The translations under genes were made by a program, and so were the position numbers. From positions 13,082,001 to 13,146,000 of the forward strand of contig CM022668.1 of NCBI GenBank assembly GCA_012295275.1: 64,000 bases of DNA. Reading direction: 5' to 3'. The notes beneath the pieces are model-generated. The model was not told where the DNA came from and searched no databases. It saw only the letters and a program-made list of their open reading frames with translations. This document shows positions 30,935-48,671 of this stretch, in pieces; the stretch's first letter is position 1; each line of letters starts with the position of its first letter. The stretch comes from Chrysomallon squamiferum (taxonomy: Eukaryota; Animalia; Mollusca).

Positions 30935-31553
30935 TAATAATAATAATAATTCTGTGATGGCGAAAATACAGATTCTGGATCCCAGTAACTATTGATTTTA
31001 GGACTTTAGCTATGAAGAAGAAGAAAAAGAAGAATAAAAGAATAAAAAAAAGAAAAAAAAAAAAAAAAAAGAAGAAATAACGAAGAAAGGAAAAGAAAAA
31101 GAATGTGAAAAAAGTAAGAAAAAACAAAAAGGGAAGAAAAAAGAAAGACAAGAACTACAGGAAACACGAACTGGAAGAAGGAAAAAAATAAAATAAAAAT
31201 AAAAAATAAAATAAAATAAAATAAAATAAAATAAGAAAAAAATGTATAAGTTAATAAAACAAAAGATAAATTAAATTTTTTTAAAATAATCCACACTAAG
31301 AAGAAATTAAAAAATGAAGAAGAAAAACAGAAAACCGTAATAACAACAACGAAAGCTTAATTCTAAATCTACACCTGTTTGCTATTTTCATCACGGATTC
31401 TAGAACGGAGTTGTCTCTCTTTTTAAAGGGTTGTCTCCCCGCGGCGTTGCTCCAGAATGCGGCAGACGAATGCTCTTTTATGATTGGCTCTGTAGGTTTA
31501 TCTTTCAGAGCGCCCGACAACGCATGTAGTGTGAACAGATACGACAGCATCAT
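30006..31553 (-). CDS. Allatotropin-family-like secreted precursor, paralog A (coding exons 31553-31375, 30422-30331, 30067-30006; 110 aa)
   Basis: Acceptor ttttccag| at 31565, then ATG 31553. Spliced product: MMLSYLFTLHALSGA-LKDKPTEPIIKEHSSAAFWSNAAGRQPF-KKR-DNSVLESVMKIANR|QSFSIEEVAQLLTENQSLLKAVLAVWMDTNK|DGSISNEEFSGKHCSAHQS*. All junctions are GT-AG with strong polypyrimidine tracts. Phases 2 and 1 and exon lengths 92 and 62 nt equal those of gene B. EF-hand loop DTNKDGSISNEE; AATAAA at 29902-29897. Confidence 0.85.
30430..30620. promoter_or_regulatory. Duplicated ~84-bp intronic unit, each copy with a full CRE (TGACGTCA)
   Basis: GTCTAATGACGTCA...GTCGTAATAAGCAG occurs twice, with CREs at 30462 and 30546, next to the acceptor of the 92-nt exon of gene A. 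Confidence 0.5.
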
Positions 31554-31764
31554 CCACGACGTAGTCTGGAAAAAAACAAAAAAACTGGAGTGCATGAATA
31601 TATGAACGAATAATAAACGAAAGAAAGATAAATGTACGAATAAATGAATAAATAAATAAGTAAATATGTACGTAAATAAATAAGTAAAATAGATAAATAA
31701 ATAATTATGTAAATAGGTACATATATAAGTAAGTAAGTAAATAAATAAATAAGTAAATAAGTAA

Positions 31765-31811
<47 letters not shown>

Positions 31812-33399
31812 GCAAGTAAATAAATAAATAAATAAATAAAATAAAATAAAATATTTAATAAACGGATACATAAATTAATAGATAAGTATATAGGCGACAA
31901 AGATCCCAACAAAACAAAAAAGCAAATAAATAAATAAACAAACAAACAAATAAACAAACAAACAAATGAATGAACAAATGAATGAATAAATAAATAAATA
32001 AATTTATGGTTTCTTAACGAAAACCGTTACGTCAGTCTGAAAATGTCAAAGAACTGTTTAATCATGCGCGACATTGAGAACTGTTTAATCATGCGTGACG
32101 TTGAGATTCTTGTGATATTCACAAGCGTGACTGGGCTGCTTGATAACGAAATGTTTGAACACACACTAATTTTATTACTACACCGTTTATCGAAAGAAAA
32201 ACCCCCCCGCACTAGAACGTGTTTGAACAAACCATGTTGATGTCGTTGTGGTGTGTGTGTTTTGTGACAGGAAATAATTATGGTAAAATGAGATACGTCG
32301 TGACTGATGTTGTCATGCTATGTAGTAAGAAAAAAAATGTGACAGCGATGAAAGTGGGATGCCGTAGATAGAGAGATAGACAGATACATAGATTTAATGT
32401 TAGACAAACTGATAGATAGGTATATACATAAAGAAATAAGCAGACTGGAAAAGAGAGAGAGAGAGAGAGAGAGAGACTATTATATGCTATAGATAGGTAA
32501 ATAAATAGTGGGCGAGAGGTAGATATATATATATATATATATGAAGAAAAAAAAAAAGAAATAATCGATACAAATTCTACCTCCTTTACTTTATTTAAAC
32601 TGTAACTTTGTTGTACGTAATATCTTTTTTGAAATCCTGTTTCTTTTTTACACAAATCCTAACTTTATATATATATGTATATATATTTTATTAAATCGAA
32701 GCTAACAGAATGTCAGGCCATCAGAAATTTTTAACTGATGCTAATACAGTTAATAATTAGCCAATAAGAACACACATACAAATGAAGCGAATAAAAAGAA
32801 GATAAACTTTCATTTAGTTGGATTAAACGCTACAAACAGAAAGAAAAATAGAAACACATAAATTAATGATTATGGATTAAAAGAATTAATCGATTTTATG
32901 AACATCAACAACTAGTTAATGGAACATTAAACATTTGCTGCGTTATTTGCGATTAATCGATACCAGCGGTACGCATGCGATACAAACTTTGTACAAACGC
33001 TCTGAATATAAGTTTATAGTACTGGTTTAAACAGACGATGTATGTAGGGAGATGAAACCTTTATAAAAAAACAGACATTACTTGTTCATACAGCTAATAT
33101 TAGTATACACAGAGAATATTAGTGTAATTAACAATATTAATTCAAAAAACAACGATAATTTTAAAAAAGGCTTTATTAGTATCCTCATCCTGATTGTCCC
33201 TAATTCTTTTATGAAAAAACATACAAAAAACACCCCCAGAACACACAAAAACCCGACAAAAAACACACAAATAACCCACAAAAAATACAGTAAATACAAT
33301 TTACTAGTTTATACACACAATACTAATTAAAACAGACAATATTGTATAAAGAGCCAAAATTTGTTTGAACGGACTGCAATTGTTTGAATGGACGACATT

Positions 33400-34080
33400 A
33401 TTTTAAACAGACGTCGGTACTTTAAATATACCTATTTAAACATGACAATACTTGTTTCAATACATGAAACTTGTTTACTCGAATGATACTTTTTGAAACA
33501 GACGATATTCGGTTAAACGAACGATACTTGTTATACAGACGACACTAAGGTAATCTGACGATACTGCTTTAAACTAACAAGGATTTTTTAAACAGACGAT
33601 ACTTGTTTAAACAGACGATACTTGTTTAAACAGACGATACTTGCTTAAACAGACGATACTTGCTTAAACAGACGATATTGCTTAAACAGACGATACTTGC
33701 TTAAACAGACGATACTTGCTTAAACAGACGATACTTGTTTAAACAGACGATACTTATTTAAACAGACGGTATTTGCTTAAACAGACGATACTTGTTTAAA
33801 CAGACGATACTTGCTTAAACAGACGAAACTTGTTTAAACAGACGATATTGCTTAAACAGACGATACTTGCTTAAACAGACGATATTTGTTTAAACAGACG
33901 ATACTTGCTAAAACAGGCGATACTTGCTTAAACAGACGGTATTTATTTAAACAGACGATACTAATTTAATTATACGATATAGTTTTAACCAAACGATTCA
34001 GTTCAAACAGACGATACTTTTTATACAGATGATACTTATTTCAGCAAACGATATTTATCTGAACAGACGATATTTGTGTA
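33400..34080. repeat. 19-bp minisatellite TTAAACAGACGATACTTGY (~20 core copies at ~33588-33960, degenerate flanks)
   Basis: Tandem array seen directly. Confidence 0.95.
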
Positions 34081-34263
34081 AAAATCTTGTAAGATGACGT
34101 AAGCACACGACAGTTAACATACTTTATTTACTGCAATATAATTTATCCTTTCCCTTTTAATTTACTTTATTAAACTGAACTTTTTGTTACTTTTCTTTAT
34201 CTTACTTTACTTTATGTTGATTTTAGTTCACGTTGCTTTAATTTCTTTCACATTAGATTGTTT

Positions 34264-34485
34264 TTACGTTACTTCTGTTACGTAAATTTACGTCATTTTG
34301 ATTTTACTTTATATTACTTTTTTTGTGTTTTACAATACGTTACTTATGTCACGTAAAATTACGTCATTTCGATTTTACTTTATATTACTTTACTTTGTTT
34401 TACAATACGTTACTTATGTTATGTAAAATTACGCCATTTCGATTTTACTTTATATTACTTTACTTTGTTTTACATTACGTTATTT
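34264..34485. repeat. ~61-bp tandem repeat, ~3.5 copies
   Basis: TACGTTACTT..GT.ACGTAAA.TTACGTCATTT.GATTTTACTTTATATTACTTT recurs at ~34265, ~34336 and ~34406; spacing read by eye is ~70 bp including linker, so the unit length is approximate. Confidence 0.85.
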
Positions 34486-35100
34486 ATTTAGTTTTACATT
34501 AGCTTACATTGCTTATGTTATGTTACTTTGTGTTATTCTGATTTTCTTTTCTTTTCTTTTCTTTTTTGGTTTGTTTTAAATTAAATTATTACAGAGAGAT
34601 AGGGAAGAGATAAAGTGAGAATTTGTAAAATGTTACTTACAAAAATCTAACCAAGTAACTACTTAACTAAATACTTAACAGAAATAATTATAGTAATGCA
34701 AAATAGCTAACTAAAATAAAATAAAATAAAATAAAATAAAATAAAATAAAATAAAATTAATTAAAATAAAATAAAATAAAATAAAATAAAATAAAATAAA
34801 TTAAATTAAATTAAATTAAATTAAAAACCAACAACAGTAAAAAAAAACAAAAACAACAACAACAACAACAACAAGAAATAATAATACAAATAAACAAATA
34901 CATACATAAATAAAAAATAATCAATAACATTTTTAAAATAACTCAAAAAGCCCAGTAAAACAACAAAAAAACAATAATTAAAATAAACAAATACATACAT
35001 AAATAAATAAATAAAATAAAACAAATTTTCAAAATAACTCAAAAAAGCCCAGTAAAACAAAAGAAACACACATTCACGTATAAAACACCTTCCAACTTAC

Positions 35101-35200
35101 CGCTTCTGGTTTTTCTAATTGTCACAGAACGGCAACTGCAAACAGAATGTGTCTATATTCTTGACCGTCGACCAAACCGCAGGATACTTAGTTAATAATT
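35101..35200 (-). other. Putative non-coding first exon of paralog A
   Basis: Consensus donor GCG|gtaagt at 35101/35100 on the - strand, upstream of the acceptor preceding the gene A ATG; no ATG in the exon. The 5' boundary is uncertain. Confidence 0.5.
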
Positions 35201-35584
35201 AATACACATATAAAAACAATAAATGCTACGGGTTCCCACAGGAGTGTGTAAATAAAGGAATATTAATATCTGCACGGAAAGCGGGACGTTTGTTGTTCTG
35301 TGTAATAACCGCTCATTATATACATGAAGCCATGTCACTTAGTAGGTGATAAATCGGATAAATGGATAAGTGTTTTAATTGATTCTCTTTTGTCTAGTTT
35401 TTTTTTTTTTTTTAAAGTTTCATTTTTGTCTGTTAATTATTATTCTTAATGCCTTTTTGGTTGTTCGTTCTTTTCCGATTTTTTTTTTTTTTTTTTTTAA
35501 TAATTTATTGTTGTGTGTGGTTATATGTCTGTCTCGCTTTCTTTCTGTTTTCTTAACAGGCTGTCTGTATTTCAGTATGCCTGC

Positions 35585-35621
<37 letters not shown>

Positions 35622-36728
35622 ATTTCTATCCATCCACACGTCTGTCTCTTTGTCTGTCTGTCTGTCAGTCTGTCTCTTTGTCTGTCTGTCTGTTTATTTG
35701 AATATCTGTCTCTCTGTATACGTATGTAAACATTTATGTGTGTAAGTGTGTAAGCGTGCATTTATGTATGTTTTATGTGTATTAACTATGTATGTATGTA
35801 TATATGTATTGTATATATGTATGTATGTATGTATTGTGTATATGTATGTATGTATGTATTGTGTATATGTATGTATGTATGTATTGTGTATATATGTGTG
35901 TATGTATGTATATATGTATGACTGTATGTACGTATGTACGTATGTATTTACTGAATTAGGAATAGTTTTGAAACATTTCATTTCAAATCATTCATACAGT
36001 ACTTTGTTACAGATGATATATAATTCTGTGAATGTAGAAAAATATTTTAAGTCCGCTGGCCTTTGACCTGAGCTGTAATTCTGCCGGATGCTTATCGTTG
36101 AGAAGTCATTCAACTTATACTAATGTGTTAATTATGGCGCGAAAATATTCTGGAATATTTCTGCTATTCCGGACATGGTACCAGTGTCCAATTCCGTTTT
36201 CCTCTCAGTAATTTTTTAATTTTTAAAACTTAAACTTTCTTTCTTTTTTTCTAAATGAAATAGTAACGATCTAAATAAGTGGTCTGTACTTTCTTTTTAT
36301 TTTTGCTTTTGCGTCTGGTGGCAGATCTACGCTAATAAAGCTTGTTCGACAATAAAATATCAAAATCTCGCAGTTTCTCGTGCGACTCCATTTTTTTTTT
36401 CTCCAGTTTTGGAGTTACCGCTGTTACGTAATCAGTGACTTGTAGATCAGTTTTATTATAAACGTATCTTAGAATATTTTAATTCTGTTGGAAAAGTTAA
36501 TTAACTTATGCAGGGAAATAAATATTTAAAGTGGTAAGGCATATTCTGAATGAGGTTGAAAATTAGTATTTATGCTGCTTGCTTTTTTTTTTTTTTTTTT
36601 TTAGGACAGATTGGCCCATCAGTTATAAATGCAACAGTAACATGGAAGTGTAGATAATGTCTTAAAGCCATTTTAAAACTGGTTTTATTGTTTACTTGCA
36701 GTCAGTGTGTGTGTGTGTGTGTGTGTCT

Positions 36729-36766
<38 letters not shown>

Positions 36767-37059
36767 TGGTTTTATTACGAGTCGGCTCCGTATATAAATA
36801 AGGTCATTCACCTTTCAGCTGGCGATGTACGTTTCCGTTTTACTTTTTATTTTTAAATTTAAATTGTTTATGTCTTATTACTATTTAAAACTATTTATAT
36901 ATATATATATAATATATGTAATATAATATATGTATTCATGATATTATTATATAATATAATATAATATAATGTATATATATACACACATATACAAACACAG
37001 AGGCATTTATACATATACACACATGAAGTAATACATAGAAATATTCATAGACACATTCA

Positions 37060-37163
37060 TACAAACACACATACATACATACATACATACATACATACAT
37101 ACATACATACATACATACATACATACATACATACAAACATACATACATACATACATACATACA

Positions 37164-37194
<31 letters not shown>

Positions 37195-37227
37195 GCATAA
37201 ATACATACATATACAAACATACATACA

Positions 37228-37259
<32 letters not shown>

Positions 37260-37336
37260 CATACATACATACATACAGACATACAGACATACATACAAAC
37301 ATACATGCATACATATACATATATGCATACATACAG

Positions 37337-37367
<31 letters not shown>

Positions 37368-37505
37368 CATATATGCATACATACAGACATACATACAAAC
37401 ATAACACACACATACAAACATACATACATACATATACATACATACATACATACATACATACAGACATACATACAAACATAATACACACACAGACAACACA
37501 TACAT
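37060..37505. repeat. (ATAC)n microsatellite tract
   Basis: Seen directly; it is the source of the spurious MYVC ORFs. Confidence 0.9.
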
Positions 37506-39598
37506 ATACAAAATTTACAGACTTATGTTAACTTGAAGCAAAAATGGCCGCCACGCATTGCAAATTGGGATTGCTGGCACACACAAACTAATGACGTCAG
37601 TAAAGAGAAAACGTTGTTATTGTTAATGTAGTCGACCACGTTACCTGTATTCTGGAGGCAAATGTCTTAAATGACACAGAACTTATACTGTAGGCTCTTG
37701 TCAGGTCTAGTTACCAAAACTCTTGTAATTTCTACTCAGTCTGTACAAACACCTTCAGTCTTATCTTATCAAGAAGATTTAAAAGATTCTTGTTGACGTC
37801 TGCTTCAACGACAACTTCCTTCACAAAAAATCAACAACAAAAAAACAACAAAAAAACAGACGAGAAAAATCACGAACACAACTTTCCAAAGACTTAACCC
37901 GCAAAAGCTGAGGGCGAATTCGGGTCTGTGCTCTATGCTAATTGGAGGAGTTACATTAAGAAGAAGAAGAAGAAGAAGAAGAACTTCCTCCAGGCGCAGA
38001 ACGTTATGAGTCAACGGGCAAACACAGCTGGATGAAAAGCGGAGACCGAAATTAATTACAGACTGGTGTAAAGATATCGAAGATTTTTAGTGATTTTGAA
38101 CTCTAAATGGACAGGTGACAACGGATTTAGGTTTCAAGCTTGTGGGCAGTTGTGTAGATTTCTCCAATAAGCTGAGATTAATGTAAATTTCATTCCATAA
38201 TTCAGCTTAAACGTTCACTTTCGCAGTTAATGCCCTTGTTAGTTGCATGAGACTTGGTCCTAGCTCCAGGCAAAGCGAGCTTTAGATTTTATTCTGTTAA
38301 ACTGCTTTTTTTTTAAAGTAATATTGACAATGCAGATACTAATAACATTGATGTATGTCTCGTGTGTCTGTGTGTGTGTGTGTGTGTGTATGTATGTGTA
38401 TGGACTCACACACACACTCACACATGCATACATAAACCAAAGCACAGGTAAACACACATTCATGTACACATACACGAACGTATGTATACAAACGTAAACG
38501 CACGAAAACATACGCAAATGCATGCACACATAAGCAATTACAAATTTTGGCCAAAAGTTGGGCTGTTTTAAATTCATGGTAAATATTTATTTAGAAAATC
38601 ACAGAATAAAACAGAAAGAGAGAAAAAACGAAACAAAATGAGAAAAAAGAAAAGAAAAGAATGCAAAATAATAGTAAAGTAAGCAAGTAAATAACTGATT
38701 AACTAAATTAATTAAGAAATAAATAATAAAAATAAAATAAAATAAAATAAAATAAAATAAAATAAATAAATAAATAAATAAAACAGAACAAAACAAAACA
38801 AAATAAATAAATAAGTAAATAATCAAACAAACAAACAAACAAACAAACAAACAAACAAACAAACAAACAAATAAATAAATAAACAAATAAATAAATAACA
38901 GTTATTCAAAACAGCTCCAATGTACTTTATTTTATTTTAAATTTTATCAACATTTATTTGACACACTTTTTGTAAGTCTTTACGAAACTGTCTGTCTGTA
39001 TGTCTGTCAGTCTGTCTGTTTTTTTAAACAGTCGAGTCTCGAACTTGACGATAAATTAATTAGAAGAGTTAATTTGGACTGTAATATCGCTTAAAAACAT
39101 CAAAAGTGTCTGAAAGAATAATTAATCAACGTACGTTTGTTTGCAGTACTTCAACTGCTTTGCGATAAAAAAGTGACCTATTTTTGTTAATTTTAACAGT
39201 AACGTTTTGTAATTGTATTAGCGTTAAAACAATTTAATTATGTTATATTGAAGGTAACGTTACTCAAATTATATTAACGCTGAGCATTTTAATTATATTA
39301 CATTAAAGGTAACGTATTTTAATCAAATTATTATATTCATGTTTTTGTTTTTCTGCGATCGGACTTACGTGATTAATCATTTGATGAACTGAGTAAATAA
39401 ATAAAGTAATTATTTTCGACATGCTACTCGATTAATTAATTAATATTGAATTGTTAAATGAATACCCTGACGGGGAGGGGGGCATACTTGAAAGAAAAGA
39501 GAAGAAGAATTGTGGATGAAATTATGAGTGAATGAAAGTATGAAACAGAAATGAAGAGAGAGAGATGAAAGAGAGATAAGAGAGAGAGAGAGAGAGAT

Positions 39599-39689
<91 letters not shown>

Positions 39690-39939
39690 AAATGGAGATC
39701 CGCGCAGACTCCGTCATTATAAAATTATTTTTATTGTATTACCTTATAAACCACATGCTTATATATAAAAATAAAAATAATCACAAATCCAAATATACTA
39801 ATTGTTATTTAACAACGTGACATTCATTTGCCGTTGTCTCTTAATGGCTGTGTGTTTAATAAGTAAACGTTTATTAAGCGTTGTATTGACTACATGTAGT
39901 AAAATCAACCGGTGTAACGGTATCTCGCTGGGTCGTTTC

Positions 39940-40024
39940 TGATTGGTCGACAGCAGCCAATAAAAACCAGCTTACTCGTTTTACCTGTTAATAAGACGTC
40001 TTGAACTCAAGCATACAGGTAAGT
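39940..40024 (+). promoter_or_regulatory. Putative promoter and non-coding first exon of allatotropin gene B
   Basis: ATTGG (39942) and CCAAT (39957) followed by an A-rich TATA-like element; consensus donor CAG|gtaagt at 40018/40019. The ATG exon starts with an acceptor (poly-T cag| at 43142), so an upstream exon is required. Confidence 0.55.
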
Positions 40025-41257
40025 CTTGTGTACAGTTTTTAGCGTCGTCGTCGTCGTTGTTGTTGACAACGTCATCATGATTATGATCATGATTATTATT
40101 ATTATTATTATTAATTAATGTTGTTGCTTTTATTGTTATTTTTTCATGTTAGTTGGGAAAATAATAATAAAATTTAATATGAGATATGATAAAAAGAAAA
40201 TAAGAAAATTTCACTCACATTCTTTTATATTCTTTCTTCTTCTTTTTTTCTTGTTCTTCTTGTTCTTGTTCTTCTTGTTCTTGTTCTTGTTCTTCTTTTT
40301 CTTCTTCTTCTTATTATGTTTCTTATTATTATTACGATCATCAACATTATCTTTATTACTGAATTTAGTATTGCTGTTATTATTATTATTAAAATGATGA
40401 CAAAACGAGAATGATACCAAATAAAACAACTGATAATTTTTATTTTTAATACTGATATCCTCTTTGTATTAGTATGTTTCTTTTAATTTATTTTGATATA
40501 ACTTTAATGAAGCGTACATTTTGGGCAAGAAAAACACAATCATGGGTTGCCTGCCCCTATTAAAAATTAGATTTCAGTACGTTTTAATATCGTTTTCAAA
40601 GATATCTCGGTTTTGCAGTTATGAATACAGATGTCTGTAATTCTGGATATTATTTCAAGTTTTGATGTTTGCTAATTCTTAGATCTGTCTCTAGTGCGCA
40701 GAATACGAGCAATGGTCGCGTGTTTGTCTTTGCAGTTTAAATTTTAATATGTTAATCACAGATATGAAACATTAACACATCCACAGTCACACACACACAC
40801 ACACACATACACATACATACACACATAGACTCACATACAAGTACTATATACACACATAATGCAAACGTACACCACATACTCACATAAACACATACACGCA
40901 TACAAACGCGCACTCATACATACATACAGAAAAATACACATACTCACATACGCACATACAGATTTACGCATACATACATACATACAGAGGTAGAAACGTG
41001 AACTCACACACACATACAGAAACACGCACACACAAACATACCCATTTTCACACCGCAATATATATATATAGACGTATACACGTGCCCGCACACACGCACG
41101 CACACACACACACACACACACACAAATATAAGCCACGGCAGATTAGCTTTTGTTTCTCTGTTGTCAACAGGAACACGATTTCCATTGTACTGAGTCAAGT
41201 ACTTGAGCCCGCGAACTGAAGTTAAAAAAAAAAATGATTTAAAAAAATAAATTCAGC

Positions 41258-41293
<36 letters not shown>

Positions 41294-41789
41294 CAGCGTA
41301 ATGATAAGTCGTTCTGAAGTGCGTACTTCATATTAAGAACATTAGACAAAACAAGCAGCCTACACGAAACAGTAATTTGGATTCTGTCACTGCAATCTTT
41401 CGATAATTTACATTTTAATATTTTAGATGAAACCATACTGAACTCTAGAGTGGAAGTCATAATTTAAATCAACGTTAGAAATGCCATTCATAGCGCATTT
41501 CACGTGCATATAATAATCGTAAGTTTTGAATTTAACACGCGATGCTTACTGTATCTACTTGTTCCTGAAGATTGAGCTATTTTTCATGAAGATACATTCA
41601 GTATCCTCCTCTGCTTAATCCAGTTGCTCTCTAAATACAAAAAAAAAAAAAAAAAATGGTTAGAGAACGTAAAGGTATTTTCACTTACCTGCCATTGCAG
41701 AAAGATAGAAATTATATTTGTTGAAATGTGTTTTTCTGTTCACGGGAAGGTTTATAAAAGGCTCTCCTATTGTTGTTGCTATTGAGTGG

Positions 41790-41881
<92 letters not shown>

Positions 41882-42208
41882 TTAAAAGGCAGACATAGAA
41901 CTAGACAAAACCATCGAGAAAGAAAGATTTTTTCATTTACTGTAATATTGTTTTCATAAATCTGAAAGAAAGATTTCTTCATTTATTGTAATATTGTTTT
42001 AATAAATAAAGGAAATAAAACCTTTTTATTACTTTTTTTAACAGTTCAGTAACAATTTTATATTAACAATAATTTCTAAATCCACGAATTATTTACGAAT
42101 ACAGTTTTTATTTTTAAATCTTTGATGCATTAAAAATGTTTTAATCCCAAAATAATTAAACAGATTTGTCGTCAATCATTTGTAATTTTTTCTCAAATGA
42201 TCATGTGT

Positions 42209-42266
<58 letters not shown>

Positions 42267-42843
42267 CCCAGGAAAAACGAAAAAGAAAAAAGAAACAATT
42301 TCGTCACTGACGAATTTATTCTTCCTGATTACAGCCAGTTGATTACTGAAAAAAACCGAGAGATACCGATCGTTACCGATTATTACCGAACCCACCGGAA
42401 AACGAGAAAAAAGTAACCGTTTTGTTTCGCTAAGATTCGTGCTATTAAATTCTCTAACGTTACATATCGGGTTGCTTGCTTGCAGGCTGTATTGACAAAT
42501 TAATGTATTTTAGTTGTTTTCAATTTACAAATTCCGGCGAGGTATTTTAGCGATTATAAAACATTGACAATAAAACAAATGATTGCAGTTTTGTTTTACA
42601 GCATTTATTTTATGTCATTTAAAAAAAAAAAAAAAAAATGTTATTATCATATCTTGTATTATATTATATTATATTATATTATGTTATGTTATGTTATATT
42701 ATATTATATTATATTATATTTATATTATATTATATTCCAGTTTCATTTTGTTTTACCTTTATCTTTGTCTACCTATATCTTCTTCTTCTTCTTCTTCTCC
42801 TTCTTCTTCTTCTTATTATTATAGTTTGGTTGTTCGTCCGTTG

Positions 42844-42874
<31 letters not shown>

Positions 42875-42883
42875 TTTGTGTAT

Positions 42884-42914
<31 letters not shown>

Positions 42915-43160
42915 TTTTATTTTATTTTATTTTATTTTATTTTATTTTATTTTATTTAAAAGGCTAATTGTTATATCGGCAAGCCAACAACTGAGAACAC
43001 AACACTTTTTTAAAATGTACCAGTTATCATCATCATCATCATCATAACCAGTGGCACCATCATCATTACTATCATCATCATCATCATCAGTAACAGCAAA
43101 TTAAATCCATACATTTTTTTTTTTTTTTTTTTTTTTTTCAGTAAACTAAAACACATCACG

Positions 43161-46534
<3,374 letters not shown>

Positions 46535-47361
46535 ACTGTTTTCTAAGACGATGATTAGCAAATTCATTCAAAAACTCTCCCGAAACTCGCCTGAACTCGC
46601 CTGAACACTGACAGTCACTCGCCGAAGTGTTCTAAGGAAATTAAAACGAATTTTAGTGCATCGATCTTTTTTTCTTAATTTTTTGTTTTGTTTTGTTGCC
46701 GTAAAACTGTTCATTATTTATTTATTTATTTATTATAGAAAAAAAAAAAAAAAAAAACACACATATAATAAATACTTATATGTGTGTCCAGTAGAATGGA
46801 GCAGATAACATAAAAAATAAATAAAAATTTAAAATGGTTTTGTTGTTCAGTTCTTTCTTTATTAGATAATTATGTATAGTAACAAAGATATGTTAATCAG
46901 ACGGTCAGTCCTTTGAGGGGAGGGTCCTTAGTAATGGACATATAAATGACCAAGGATAGGGGGTGGGATGGGGTTAATTGCTGTCAGTGATATAGTTAAT
47001 TGCAGAAAACATAATCATGTATTCATGCATAATTAAGTAACGCAACAATGTCAAGATTTTTAAATCCTAATCATATTTGTTTAAATTGATTTTAATGGAT
47101 TTAATGAACGTTTAAAAAATATTAATTTATTAATTATTATATAAATAACTTTTTAATGTAAAAGTAATAATGTACTTTGATAATAAATAATGGTTTCCTT
47201 GCGAAAAAATTCTAAATTTGTCTGCGTGTGTACTTTAATCGACTGTACATTGGCTTAGAAGATTAATATTATAAAATAATGTCTGCCTATGTTATTTTAT
47301 TTATGTTTTCTTTCACCTTCATATGTACCGAATAACTGATGATGGTAGTATGACATTAAAG

Positions 47362-47434
<73 letters not shown>

Positions 47435-48176
47435 AAGTTTAAAATTATTTCTTGGTTTAATTCAGGGCTTAAATCCTTAAACACCATTCTGAAAACAATT
47501 TTCGTTTCAAGGAGTAACAAATAGCTTCTTATTATTTAAGAACTATTTTGCTTTTGATGTATAGTTTTTTGTAGGCGAAAACGAAATCAGTACACATGAA
47601 TGGACTACTCTCTTGAGAGAGAGCTGACAAATAAAACCTTTAATTTTGTTTCGTTTATGTATTATCTGAGATACAGCAGAATAAAAGAAATAAATGGTTA
47701 CTGTTTTTAAACATCAGATTTATCTTTATATTTCGGTAGAATGGCGAATGCGGCTCGGAAAAGCCTCGGTGCATTTGGCATTCTAACCTTCGCTGTTATC
47801 TTAAGACAGTAAATAATTATTCCTTATATATATGTGTGCGTGCGTGTGTGTGTTGTACATATATACACACATATATATATATCTGTAGGTGTGTTTGTTT
47901 CTACATATGTGTATGTATGTGTATGAGTGTGTGCGTGTGTGTCTGACATTACTTATGTCTGTCTGTGTGTGTGTCTGAAGAACAAAATAAACTATTTTTA
48001 GTTTAAGACATGACGGCAGCAGACACGACATCATCATTCTCGACTGACTCTTGAGCTGTTAATGTATTTAGTAAATTACGTTGATAACAGCTACATCACG
48101 ATCACAAAACAATCTGTCAAAAAATACCTTTCCCATATTACACGTTTAAATTACAGTTCACAAGCGAGAGATATTA

Positions 48177-48211
<35 letters not shown>

Positions 48212-48226
48212 CACGCACATATACAA

Positions 48227-48257
<31 letters not shown>

Positions 48258-48622
48258 TACACACAAACATACACACTTATAAAAACAAATATATTTATAT
48301 ATATATATATATATGTTATAGTAATTGTTGTAGTAGTAGTAGTTGTAGTAATAGTAGCTGTAGTAATAATAACGATAACAGTAGTAGTAGCTGTAGTAGT
48401 AGTAGTAGTGGTAGTATTAGTAGCAGTAGTAGCAGAATATAGTAATAATAGTAATAGTAATAGTAGTAGTAGCAGTAGTAGTAGAGTAGTAATAATGGTA
48501 ATAGTGGTAGTAGTAGTAGTAGTAGTAGTAGCAGCAGTAGTAATATCAAGAATAATAACAATAGCAACAACAACAAAAACGGCAACGACAAAAACAAGAA
48601 TAATAATATCAATAATAATTAT

Positions 48623-48671
<49 letters not shown>

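Noticed and set aside
33588-33960. CRISPR-like regular repeat
   Set aside because: The units are contiguous without unique spacers, the context is eukaryotic and no cas genes are present; it is a minisatellite.
41742-41757. 16-mer ACGGGAAGGTTTATAA shared with the 62.6-62.8 kb tandem repeat
   Set aside because: The match does not extend on either side, and one match of this length can occur by chance in a window this size.
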